Source: Candidatus Marinacidobacterales bacterium
Lineage (GTDB): Bacteria; Acidobacteriota; Vicinamibacteria; Marinacidobacterales; SMYC01
Assembly: GCA_965224085.1 (NCBI GenBank)
Contig: CBDCYI010000011.1
Coordinates: 96,001 to 160,000 of the forward strand
Direction of reading: 5' to 3'
Length of the DNA stretch: 64,000 bases
Positions within the stretch are counted from its first letter, which is position 1; every line of letters starts with the position of its first letter. The translations under genes and the position numbers were made by a program. The notes under the pieces were generated by a model. That model had not been told where the DNA came from, made no database searches, and was given only the letters and a program-made list of their open reading frames with translations. Of this stretch, positions 50,546 to 60,839 are shown in pieces.

Positions 50546-52489
50546 TCAGCGCGAAGGCGTGGTAGATGGCTCCTTGTGCTCCATCCCACTCGGCTTCAGG
50601 TGGCGAGCGAAGAAGTTCATGATGCGTCGGTAGGAATCGAGCTGGTGGGCCGGATCGGCGAGACCGTGCGCCTCATTGGGATAGATTACTAGGTCGTACG
50701 GCTTGTTTTGACGCTCGAGCTCGTCGACAAAGCGGTACGTCATGCCGGGAGTCACATTACGGTCACGATCGCTGTGAATAATGAGGAGCGGCGCCTGCAG
50801 ATCCTTGACCGAGGTGATCGGCGAGACGCGGTCGTAAAGATCCGGGTTCTCTTCCTCGTTTCCCCCAATATGAAGCCTCCTGTTTCGGTTCAGGAACGGG
50901 CTCTGCCGGTCGGTCGGGCCCATGAGATCGATGCCGGCACGAAATAGTCCCGGTTCCTTGGTGAGCGCCAGCAGCGTCAAATAGCCGCCATGGCTCAACC
51001 CCATGGCTCCGACACGCTCCGCATCGACAAAGGGTTGCGACTTTAGGAAGGCGGCCATGGCCTTCACGTCGTCGAGGGTTTTCGTGCCCCAGGCGCCAAT
51101 GGCTCTCTCCCGGAAGGCGCGCCCGTAGCCGGCGCTGCCGCGCTGCTCGGCCATTAACATCGCATACCCGGACTGCACGAGGTAGTGGAAGAACGGGTTC
51201 CAGTGATCGTAGAACTGTCCATAGCTGTTGGTGTGCACGTTCACGATCGCTGGAAGTCTCTCGCCATCCTTTAGGCCCTTTGGCGTGAGCAGAAACCCAG
51301 CGAGCTTCAGTCCGTCGAGCGAGCTTATGGAGACACGCTTCACGTCTGCGAAGTGCTCTGGTCGAAAGGCGGCGTGGGAGGAATAGGTAAGCTGTCGTGC
51401 CGTGCTCGAGCCGGGTGCGCCTACGTAAAGATCGGGAGGCGACCAGGCGTTCTCGTAGGCATAGATGAGCTCCCCATTCGGTCCCCACCCGACTTCATGA
51501 TACTGGCCCGGACCGCTGCCGACGGTTTCAACTTCTCCAGACTCTGCATCTAAAACAACGAGCTCGAATCTGCCCTCGCGGTTGACCGAGGTCAGAATGC
51601 GGCGCCCGTCTCGAGACCACACCGGCCGAACCGCAAAGTGCGGAGACACGGAGTCATGAGGACCGGCGTCGAACTCCCGCAAATCCTTCCCATCTGGCCT
51701 CATCGTCCACACGTGGACATACCCGGACCGATCGGAAAGCAACGCCAAGCGCCGACCGTCCGGTGACCAGCGGGGGGCGAAGTTCGTGCTGGGATCGGTC
51801 GGTGTCAGGCGGGTTATAGAGCCGGTGTCCAAAGCGATAGTGTAGACACCGCGGGCGTAGAAATGATCACGCGCATCGGCGGCCGAGAATGCGATGGCAC
51901 GACCGTCCGGTGACCACTGCGGGTCGGTCTCTCTCACCTCGTTGTCCGTGAGTCGCACCAGCCCGTGGCGCTCACCCTCGACGGAAGTCGCCCACAAATC
52001 GCTCTGACCCCCGCGGTTGGATACGAACGCCAGCCGCTTACCATCGGGCGACCACGCGGGGTCGCGGTCGTTCGCGGGATTCATCGTCACGCGGCGCAAG
52101 AAGCCCGTCGCCGCCTCGACCACCCAGACGTCGCCGTCGGATTCAAAGGCGATCCAGTCCCCGGACGGCGAGAATCTCGGATTGGTCTTGGGCTTTACTC
52201 CAGAGGTCATCTTTCGGATCTCGCCGGTCCCGAGAGACACCATTTGGATATTGTTGCCTTCACCGAACCGCGGGATCAACGGGAACCCGAAATAGAACCC
52301 CGACAGCGTATAGGCTACCTTCGTACCGTCGGGTGAGATCGCGAATTGGCCGAGTGTCAGCGTCTCGGTCGCCTGTTCCAGCGTGAACTGCGGGACATGT
52401 CGAGCAGAGCGAAGAGGTTGCAAAGGCTCCGCCGACAAAAGCGTCGCACAGAGCCCGAGCGCCGCGGGCATCGTCTGGACCAGTTTCAT
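50546..52489 (-). CDS. Secreted S9 family peptidase, paralog of 16501-18501
   Basis: GLSHGG, DRNV, EAHG; long near-identical peptide stretches shared with the first copy. Confidence 0.9.
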   Translation of the reverse strand: MKLVQTMPAALGLCATLLSAEPLQPLRSARHVPQFTLEQATETLTLGQFAISPDGTKVAYTLSGFYFGFPLIPRFGEGNNIQMVSLGTGEIRKMTSGVKPKTNPRFSPSGDWIAFESDGDVWVVEAATGFLRRVTMNPANDRDPAWSPDGKRLAFVSNRGGQSDLWATSVEGERHGLVRLTDNEVRETDPQWSPDGRAIAFSAADARDHFYARGVYTIALDTGSITRLTPTDPSTNFAPRWSPDGRRLALLSDRSGYVHVWTMRPDGKDLREFDAGPHDSVSPHFAVRPVWSRDGRRILTSVNREGRFELVVLDAESGEVETVGSGPGQYHEVGWGPNGELIYAYENAWSPPDLYVGAPGSSTARQLTYSSHAAFRPEHFADVKRVSISSLDGLKLAGFLLTPKGLKDGERLPAIVNVHTNSYGQFYDHWNPFFHYLVQSGYAMLMAEQRGSAGYGRAFRERAIGAWGTKTLDDVKAMAAFLKSQPFVDAERVGAMGLSHGGYLTLLALTKEPGLFRAGIDLMGPTDRQSPFLNRNRRLHIGGNEEENPDLYDRVSPITSVKDLQAPLLIIHSDRDRNVTPGMTYRFVDELERQNKPYDLVIYPNEAHGLADPAHQLDSYRRIMNFFARHLKPSGMEHKEPSTTPSR

Positions 52490-52504
52490 TTTCTCCTCCT
52501 CGAT

Positions 52505-54223
52505 TCAGACCCCGGCGGCGAGGCCGAGTCTTCGCGGATCGGTGACACCGTGAAGCTTCCCGGTTTTCGAGTCGCGCCAGATGATCTGCATGGACCCCGT
52601 GTGCCAGTTGTACTCACCGAGATCTTTGATTTGAATTCCGTGTCGAGCCATTCCTTCGCGCACTTCTTCCGAAATTCGAGATTCGATCTGTACCACGGGC
52701 TCGTTGCCGCGAAAAGCCCAAAACCGAGGAGCGTCTACCGCACGTTGCGGGGGCATTTCGAAATCCAACAAGTTGACGAGCACTTCGGTCACCGGTTGGG
52801 GAGGGGAGCCAGGGGTGCCCATCGCCAGCCAAGGCTTGTCGTCTCGCGCGATCAGGATCCCGGTGATGGGCAGAACGACGCGTCGGCCGGGTCCGGAAGT
52901 GAATGCTCGAGCTTCGCTTCCGGTGGCCCGCACGCCGTCGATGTGAACGCCCAGCGCTCCCCCGTGCCCCGTGTGCAGCAACGAGATCCAATTACCCTCG
53001 GCGTCGACGATGACGTTGTGATTACTGCCCAGTTGTCGGGTCGGTGACTCCTCGCTTTGACGATGGAGAAGGGAGGCCACCTCCTGCGCCGGGGCCGAGA
53101 GCTCGACTCCCGGCACGATCATCGTGTTTCGCACCAGCTCGGCGGCCATCTTCCCGTAGTCTTTGGACAACCAGATATGGGCCGGGATGCGGAGGTTCAT
53201 AGGATCGAGAATGGCTCCTCGCGTCTCGCGGCGAACCCGGCCGAAAACGCGGGACATGGTTTCCAAGGTCTCGGCCGACTCCGTATAGTGTCCCGCGGCC
53301 TTCAGATCGAAGTTTTCTAGAATATTGAGGTTGTACCCTACCACCAGGCCTCCGGTGTCGGGTGGTGGCGAACCGATGATCTCGTGGCCCCGGTACACGA
53401 AGCGGACCGGTTCTTCCCAGCGAGCCTGGTAATCGCCCATGTCTTCTATTCTCACACGCCCGCCGAGCCGGTTGGCCTCCTTAACGAATTTCTGCCCCCA
53501 GGCTCCTGTGTAGAGATAATCGGCGCCCTGAGAGGCTACCTGCTGGAGCGTTTCGGCCATCGCCGGCATCTTCCAAAGGTGGCCGACGGGTACCAGAAAA
53601 CCGTTCGGCATGTAGAGCTCTCGGGCACCCTCGTAATCCGCCAGTGCCTCTTCTTCGAAGCGAGTGTAGTTGACCCCGTACATGAAGGAGGTGACGAGAG
53701 CACCCTGCTCCGCCGAGGCGATGGCTCGCTCGAGGTAGCTTGCCAAGGAACGGGAGCCAAAGCGCTTCCACAGCGCCTTGAGACCGCGCACCGTGCCCCC
53801 GACCGCAACTTTCGATGGATCGCCCCGCTCGCCGCGATGCGACAGCGGCCTTTCAGAAACCGCGCTGAGCGCGTAGTATTTCGCCGTGGCGGCGTCGTAA
53901 TAGAGGGCAGACATAGAGCCAAACACGGAGACCTGGTGAATGTCATTCACGTGCTGCAGGAACACCGCCGTGATCGTGGCATCGACGGCGTTGCCTCCAT
54001 CGCCCAACACCTGAAGCGCTCCCGCGGTGACGATCGGGAGTTGCGTGCTCACCATCACCTTGTCTCCTACCGCCTCCGACTTCGGTCCCTGGTTGAGCCG
54101 TGGATCGAGTGGGTCGGTCGGTAGGCTCTCGGCGGCCTCAGTCTGAGGGCGAGTGGCGGCACCCGATCCTGCCGCGAGGTTCAGGCAGATGACAAGAGCT
54201 GCCCCAAAGCAGACGCGTCGCAT
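52505..54223 (-). CDS. Secreted gamma-glutamyltransferase-like Ntn hydrolase
   Basis: GGNAVDA, SPPP.TGG, VDAEGN, MGTPG, DAPRF, DPRR.G; Ser in place of the Thr nucleophile. Confidence 0.85.
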   Translation of the reverse strand: MRRVCFGAALVICLNLAAGSGAATRPQTEAAESLPTDPLDPRLNQGPKSEAVGDKVMVSTQLPIVTAGALQVLGDGGNAVDATITAVFLQHVNDIHQVSVFGSMSALYYDAATAKYYALSAVSERPLSHRGERGDPSKVAVGGTVRGLKALWKRFGSRSLASYLERAIASAEQGALVTSFMYGVNYTRFEEEALADYEGARELYMPNGFLVPVGHLWKMPAMAETLQQVASQGADYLYTGAWGQKFVKEANRLGGRVRIEDMGDYQARWEEPVRFVYRGHEIIGSPPPDTGGLVVGYNLNILENFDLKAAGHYTESAETLETMSRVFGRVRRETRGAILDPMNLRIPAHIWLSKDYGKMAAELVRNTMIVPGVELSAPAQEVASLLHRQSEESPTRQLGSNHNVIVDAEGNWISLLHTGHGGALGVHIDGVRATGSEARAFTSGPGRRVVLPITGILIARDDKPWLAMGTPGSPPQPVTEVLVNLLDFEMPPQRAVDAPRFWAFRGNEPVVQIESRISEEVREGMARHGIQIKDLGEYNWHTGSMQIIWRDSKTGKLHGVTDPRRLGLAAGV

Positions 54224-54237
54224 AGTCGCCTCCCTTC

Positions 54238-54490
54238 TAGTTCGCCATTTCGGCCCGCAGTATCAGGTAGTCGATCCGCGCGTGGAGGAGCCCACTGGAG
54301 GTTTTCGTCGCCTGTAGCCGCCGGCGGAAATCCGGAAGCCCAAGCCTCCATTGCTCCGCCCGTTGCGCAAAAGGAACTCATGGGTGAGAGCGACCAGCTC
54401 GCGTGAGTGCTGTTCATCCTGTGAGGGAAGGGAAGCAGCAACGGCCAAGCCGACACAAACCCCCAGGATGCATCTGGCCGTGGGCGGCAC
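54238..54490 (-). pseudogene. DUF885 N-terminal remnant (paralog of 24940-26697)
   Basis: ELVALTHE and HARIDYLILRAEM in two frames match EFVALATE and HAQVDYLMLQAEL. Confidence 0.6.
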
Positions 54491-54989
54491 GAGGGAACGG
54501 GATATCGCATGCTCAAGGCGCGCCTCGAGATTTAGGTGCGGTATGATAACGAGCGAACGACTCGTGGGGCCAGTTAAAAATGCTACTATGCCATTGACTT
54601 AAAGGAAGAGGGGGCAGTTTCTGCGGCGCTTTCGAGCTAATAGCTTCATTAGTATTTTGGACTTTCCGAGGGTTTATCGATGAGTGGTCTTAACGAGTTT
54701 ACGCGCACGAGCCGTTCAGCCAAAAGGAGTTACACCACAGCTCAGTAACTGCTTGAGATGTAGTTGAGGTTTGTTTGGAGACTCAGCCCCAATCACCCCA
54801 CAACGCTTACAAGGATAGGAGGTTTTTCGTCCAAGTTCTTGGATCACATGAGGCCGGCGGGGGGTATGGGTGCGACAACGCGTCGGCGTATATGCACCGC
54901 TAGGCAGCCTAGCATCGTTTTTTATTGCGACGACAAATAGGAGGGCTTCGCCTTACGATGGGCGAGGTAAAACCGAAAGGGAGGACGAA

Positions 54990-57872
54990 ATGAAACGGTC
55001 CAAGATAAGCGCAGGAACGCGAGGGGGGATCATCCTGTCCGCCGTGTTCTTACTCGTGTTGTCGAGCACGTTGGCGTCAGGCCAACAACTCACTGGCGCC
55101 TTGGTGGGTAAAGTGACTGACCCCGGTGGTCTCGCCCTGCCGGGTGTGAGTGTCACTATAACCAGTCCCCAGCTCATCAGCCAACGAGAGACAACCACCA
55201 CGGACGAATCGGGCCAGTATCGAATCCCGAGGCTTCCGCCCGGGACATATAGGGTCTCATTCGAGCTTGATGGCTTTCAAACCTTGAATCGGCCGGACAT
55301 TATCGTCCGCGCGGGCCAGACATTGACTGTTCCCGCGCAGCTGGAGCTGGCAACGGTGCAAGAAAGCGTGACGGTCGTTGGTGAATCTCCTCTCATCGAT
55401 GTGAAGAACTCACAAATCCGGGAAACGTACGATCAGAATCTCATCATGAACGCACCGAATAGCCGGAACTACACCGACCTCTACCATCAGTTGCCGGGGG
55501 TGGAGGACGGCCAGTATCGAGAGCTCACGCCCGGCGCCACCTCGATCAATGGGGGCACGAACCGAGATAATCGGGTGAACCTCGATGGGGCTAACATCAA
55601 CGATGCCTTGGTGGTCAATACGTCTAGCGCCATCAGTCAGGAGATCATCGAAGAGGTTCAGGTCGTCACCGCTGGTATCGATGCCGAGTTCGGGGGAGTG
55701 ACGGCGGGTGTCATGAATATCATCACCAAGTCGGGCGGCAACGAATTCTCGGGAAGCGCGTATTTTTACTACAGTGACGATAGTCTTCAGTCGAACAACG
55801 TAACCTCGGAGTTCGAGGAGCTGGGCGTTGGTGGGGCCACGGCCCTCTTGGAAGACATCAACGGTGGCTTCACGGCTGGGGGACCGATCGTTAGAGACCG
55901 CCTGTGGTTTTTCGGCAGCTACGATCGGGCACAGGAACAGCGGACGATAATTAATTTCGACCCTTTGATTGACGGTACCCAGGACGTCTATTTCATCAAG
56001 CTATCGGGACAGGCAGCAAGTAACCACCGCCTGTCCGGATTCTATCAGTACCGCACCAGGAACGACTTCCCATTTATCCCCCAGTCGAGGCAGGTGCCTT
56101 GTCCTCCCGGTGTGGCATGCTCGGGTTTCGGCGTTCTTCGGACCCAGGATCACACGAACGACATCTTCTTCGCGGACTGGACCGGTGTCTTTTCCGATAA
56201 CACCATCGTTTCGGTGAGGGGCAACATTTCCAACCAGGGACGCAACCAGAATTTCCCGAACTTTCAAGAGGGCGACGTGGGCTATGAAGATTCGGGCAAT
56301 CGTCAGCGCTTCGGCCCCTGGTACCGCGCCGTGGTGCATCCTGGCAGCCGCAACACGCGAGAGATCAAGGGAGACGTCTCCTATTACGCGACCGATCTCG
56401 CAGGATCCCACGATTTCAAATTCGGGGCCGTGTACGATTTGCTTTACGCCGACGAAGTGCGGGCGTGGGAGAACGGAGCGCGCCTACACTTTCTATTCAA
56501 TGGCGAGCCCTTCCGCATCCGGCTCGGCAACAACCCGGTCTCGCTCAAGGCCAATGTCGGCACCACCTCGCTCTACGTGCAGGACAATTGGACCGTCGGT
56601 GACAGGCTGACTCTGAACTTGGGGCTTCGCTTCGAGAATCACGATGTTTGGATCCCCGCGGCCAGCTCTGGCGGCATCAACTTCGAGAAACAGGACTTTC
56701 CCCGCGAGGACCTCGTGAACGTCAACACCTTTTCTCCTCGCTTCGGACTCGCCTATGACCTCATGGGCGATCACAAAACGGTCTTGAAGGCAACGTTCGG
56801 CAAGTACTACAACCAGCTTTACGCTAGCCCATTCAACAGCCTTGCCAAGTTCGCGCAAGGTGACAAAACGTTCGATTGGAATGATCTCAATGGAGATTTT
56901 GTCTACCAGCCCGGCGAGGAGGGTAGCTTGGTCCGTGATACGACCCAGACTTCATCGTCGTCGGTCGATCCCGACTTGAAGGTACCGCACTGGCTTACTT
57001 TTAGCGCCGGTGTCGAGCGAGAGCTGGGCAGAGAATTCAGGCTGAAGGTCATGTACGTCTATAGACATGGCTATAACGATATCGAAAGGATCGATCCTTC
57101 TCGACCTTTCGACGAGGCGTACAACCCGGTGACCCTCCCCAATCCGCTCAATAATAATGAGCCGATCACGATCTATGCGCTCGATCCGGCTTTTAGGTCC
57201 GTTCCCAGCGAGAGGTTCATCACCAACCCCAACTCATCCTATTGCAGCTTTTGTCCGGATATCGTGCAGAAATACAACGGACTACAATTTACCCTCGAGA
57301 AGCGCATGAAAGATCGCTGGCAGTTGTACAGTACCTACGTCTTCTCGAAGGCCGAGGGAAACAAGGGAACGCACCACCGGACATCGCAGTCGAGCCTCTT
57401 CGGCAACCCCAACAACCTCGTCAATGCATCTGGCGCGACCACCCTAAACCGAGAGCACTCTTTCAAATCCTCCGGTAGCTATCTGGCACCCTTCGACATC
57501 TGGCTGAGCGCGCAATGGACGCTTCAGTCTGGAATTCCACTACAAAGAGACCGCGGCGTTCTAGGACCACTGGTCCGGTTCGGCAGAGGCGACTCACCGC
57601 TGATCGTCGTCGAAGGGAGAATTGACGTTAAGGGCTTGCCCCCCGGTGAGGAGACGCTCGATGCCAGGAATCTCGTCGACGTGCGGGTGGAAAAGCGGGT
57701 TCAGTTAGGCGAGGTGGGGTTCCTCGGACTGATCCTTGACGTCAGGAACATATTCAACGATAGCTCGATCGTGTTCATGGACGACGTGCGTCTGGGCTCT
57801 TCTGATTACCTGGTTCCGGGCAGCCTGGTGCTTCCGCGCACCCTTCGCCTCGCCGCCAGGTTCGTGTTCTAG
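54990..57872 (+). CDS. TonB-dependent receptor with CarboxypepD_reg-like N-domain
   Basis: LPGVSVT...G.Y.VSFELDGF, AEFGG...NIITKSGGNEFSG, YVQDNW..LTLNLGLRFE, C-terminal RFVF. Confidence 0.92.
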   Translation: MKRSKISAGTRGGIILSAVFLLVLSSTLASGQQLTGALVGKVTDPGGLALPGVSVTITSPQLISQRETTTTDESGQYRIPRLPPGTYRVSFELDGFQTLNRPDIIVRAGQTLTVPAQLELATVQESVTVVGESPLIDVKNSQIRETYDQNLIMNAPNSRNYTDLYHQLPGVEDGQYRELTPGATSINGGTNRDNRVNLDGANINDALVVNTSSAISQEIIEEVQVVTAGIDAEFGGVTAGVMNIITKSGGNEFSGSAYFYYSDDSLQSNNVTSEFEELGVGGATALLEDINGGFTAGGPIVRDRLWFFGSYDRAQEQRTIINFDPLIDGTQDVYFIKLSGQAASNHRLSGFYQYRTRNDFPFIPQSRQVPCPPGVACSGFGVLRTQDHTNDIFFADWTGVFSDNTIVSVRGNISNQGRNQNFPNFQEGDVGYEDSGNRQRFGPWYRAVVHPGSRNTREIKGDVSYYATDLAGSHDFKFGAVYDLLYADEVRAWENGARLHFLFNGEPFRIRLGNNPVSLKANVGTTSLYVQDNWTVGDRLTLNLGLRFENHDVWIPAASSGGINFEKQDFPREDLVNVNTFSPRFGLAYDLMGDHKTVLKATFGKYYNQLYASPFNSLAKFAQGDKTFDWNDLNGDFVYQPGEEGSLVRDTTQTSSSSVDPDLKVPHWLTFSAGVERELGREFRLKVMYVYRHGYNDIERIDPSRPFDEAYNPVTLPNPLNNNEPITIYALDPAFRSVPSERFITNPNSSYCSFCPDIVQKYNGLQFTLEKRMKDRWQLYSTYVFSKAEGNKGTHHRTSQSSLFGNPNNLVNASGATTLNREHSFKSSGSYLAPFDIWLSAQWTLQSGIPLQRDRGVLGPLVRFGRGDSPLIVVEGRIDVKGLPPGEETLDARNLVDVRVEKRVQLGEVGFLGLILDVRNIFNDSSIVFMDDVRLGSSDYLVPGSLVLPRTLRLAARFVF

Positions 57873-57879
57873 TGGGCAA

Positions 57880-57910
57880 CCCCGATGCCCCGGGTTCCGG
57901 GGCATCGGGG
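57880..57910. terminator. 14-bp GC-rich hairpin between convergent genes
   Basis: CCCCGATGCCCCGG-gtt-CCGGGGCATCGGGG; no U-tract. Confidence 0.55.
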
Positions 57911-57971
57911 CATCGCGGTGTCGCCACCCAGCCCGAGTCGGCTGCCGAGCCAGCCAGCCGAATCTCGCCGA

Positions 57972-58800
57972 TCAGGTGTCCGGACGCCACCGGTACGTCT
58001 CTAGCGTCTCTTCGTTCAGCTCGATGCCTAGTCCCGGGCCTTCAGGGACGCGGGCATGGCCGTCCTGCGGGCGGATCGGGTCCGGCAGCAATTGCGTGCG
58101 CAACGGGTTGTCCATGACGTTGACCTCTTGATTGGGCGCGTTCGGCTGCGTCGCCAGAAAATGCAGCGTGGCGCTCACTAGGATGCCGGTGGCCCAGCAA
58201 TGAGGGATGACCTGCACGTTTCTCCTCTCGGCCAACGCGCGCGATATCGGGCTGAATGATCCTCAGCTTTCCGCGTTCCATGAGATCGCGGAAGCCGAAA
58301 CGAGTTGTCTCCTTTTCTCCGGTCGCAATGGGCGCCGGCGACGCCGCCACCAGGGCGGCGAACCCGTCCAGATCGTCTGGCGAGAGGGGCTCTTCTAAGA
58401 AGAAGACGTCGTCTTCCGCCAACGCATTCCCCAGCCAAACCGCAACGTCGAACAGTACTGGGGATCCCATATCCACCATGATGTCGATTTCAGGACCCAG
58501 GGCGCGCCGGACATCATGGAACTATCGAGCGTCCTCCTTCGCGTTCTGTCCCAGGCTTCCCCAACCGAACTTCAAGGTTTGGTATCCTTGGTCGACACGA
58601 GACTTGGCGTTGTCGATGATCTTGCTCTTGCTCCCCGGGGTGAGATCGCTGGCATAAACGGGAACCCGGTCGCGAACCGCGCCTCCCAGGAGTTGGTGCA
58701 CCGGCAAACCGGCGAGTTTGCCGAGGATGTCCCAGAGGGCAATATCGATGCCGCTGATGGCGTTGATGACGGCGCCTCGTCGGCCGAATTCAGTGCTTTC
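57972..58800 (-). pseudogene. Decayed paralog of the enolase-superfamily gene at 41592
   Basis: IATGEKETTRFGFRDLMERGKLRIIQPDIARV identical to the intact copy; split across three or more frames; 5' end lost. Confidence 0.85.
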
Positions 58801-58879
58801 AATGATGGTTGAGTATTGAACTACGGCAAAAGCGCGCCGACCGCCGTCACCTCGCGCAGATTCGGATGAAGCTCGCGGC

Positions 58880-59066
58880 CTAGCCCATGTTTCCCTTTTA
58901 GGTCTCTAAGTCATCATAAACAAAGGACTGAGATCCGCGGTTTGTCTCTACGCTGACAGCACCTCCTCGGAGAAGGCTGGCGGGTCGCGTTCAACGATTC
59001 CGAGTGCAGTCAGGATCGAGTTGGCGCGAGCGGTGCCGCGCGTGACGACGCGCTTGGTCCGCCCAG
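58880..59066 (-). mobile_element. Right-end remnant of a second copy of IS1634 element B
   Basis: Reverse complement matches 30485-30645 joined to 32591-32616, i.e. without element C. Confidence 0.9.
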
Positions 59067-60839
59067 GAGCGCGACGTGAAACCGTCGCTCATCCGCGGAC
59101 GTGTCGACGAGCCGCGTCATCATCTGGATGTTGGCTACGGGAATTCCAGGGAGGATCTCGGAGACCGCGCGCTGAATGGGTCGTGCCAGCCCTTCGCTGC
59201 CGCGTTCCGCGCGGACCGTCAAGCTCATCCAATTCCGCCACCAATCTTGCTCCTGGCGAAACGGGACGTAGACTGCGGCGACTTCCTCCGTGTCGAGGCC
59301 GAAGGGATGGATGTCGCCGGCGACGCCGACGATCGTGATCCATCGCAGCTCGTCTCGCCGCGCCCAGCGGAAACGCCGGCCGATGGGCGAAGCGCCCGCC
59401 ATGAGCTCGCGGACGAACGTTTCGTTCACCACGGCAACGGGAAGCGTGCCTTCTCGGTCGCCGTCATCGAGCCCCCGCCCCTCTAGAAGATCGATCTCCA
59501 TGACGCGAAAATAGTTGGGGCTGACCCCTCGATAGAAGATCTCGGGCTCGGTGCCTGGCTCGACGTCGTGACCCTCGAGAGCGAGGTTGTGAGGGACGCT
59601 TCCGCCCCCGAACGGGAGGTCGGTCGTGGCCGCGACGCCCAGAACTCCCGGCAACCCGGCGAGGCGATCGAGCACGGCGTCGAAGAAGACGGTGCGCTTT
59701 GCAATGTCGCGAAACTCGGGCAGCGGCAAGTCGAAGTCCATGGTTAGCAGGCTTTCCTGCGCGAAGCCGGGGTCGACGCTTGAGAGGCGCGCGAAGCTCT
59801 TCAGAAGAAGGCCGGAACCCACGAGCAGCACGACGGCGAGCGCCACTTCAACAATGATGAGAAGGCCGCGCGCACGATATTGCGACGTTGGAACCTCTTT
59901 AATGGCCCCGGCGGGGCGCGAGCGGCGCGCTTGCAAGGCGGGCGCGAGGCCGAAAAGAAGGCTCGACGCGATCGAAAGGGCGAAGGCAAAGCCGAGCACG
60001 ATCGGATCGAGCGCGACTTCGCTCAGACGAGGAACGTTCTCCGGGCCGAGGGTGACGATGAGCCGCAAGAGGAAGCTCGCGACCAAGAGCCCCGCCGCGC
60101 CGCCTATCAAGCCGAAGAGCATCGACTCGACGAGAAGCTGCCGCACGAGGCGTCCGACGCTCGCGCCGAGCGCCGTGCGAAGCGCCATCTCGCGCTTACG
60201 TTTGGCGGTGCGTGCGAGAAGAAGTCCCGCGACGTTGGCGCAGACGATGAACAGAACGAGCGCCACCGCGCCCAAAAGCAACATGAGCGCCGGCCGCGCC
60301 CCCGATGCGAGCTCGGTGTGCCATGGTGCCAACACGAAGCGACGGTCGATGTTCTCTTCGGGATAGAGCGCCGCGAGCCTCGCCGCGATCAGGTCCATGT
60401 CCGCCTGCGCTTCGTCGAGGGTGACGCCCTGGCGCAGCCGGCCAATCGAGATCAGAAAATGCACGCCGCGCGCGGCGGCCGTCTCCGGAGACACGACGCG
60501 GTGGGGAAGCCAGTATTCGGCTTTGATGAGTGGCAGGCGAAAACCTTCCGGCATGATACCGATCACCGTCGTCGGCGTTCCGCTCATCGAGAACGTCGAG
60601 CCGAGGACATCTGGGTCCGCCGCGAAGCGGCGTTTCCAGAACTCGTGGCTCAGCACGGCAACGGCGGCGCCGCCTGGGACGTTGTCCTCCTCGGTAATGA
60701 GGCGCCCCGCGGCGGGCGCCACACCCATCATGGGCAGAAGGCTGCCGGTGACGATGGCACCCCGAATCCGCTCGGGCGCATCTCCCATCAACACGTCCGA
60801 CGCCCAGCCGTTATAGCCGCCAAACGTCTCGACCGTTTG

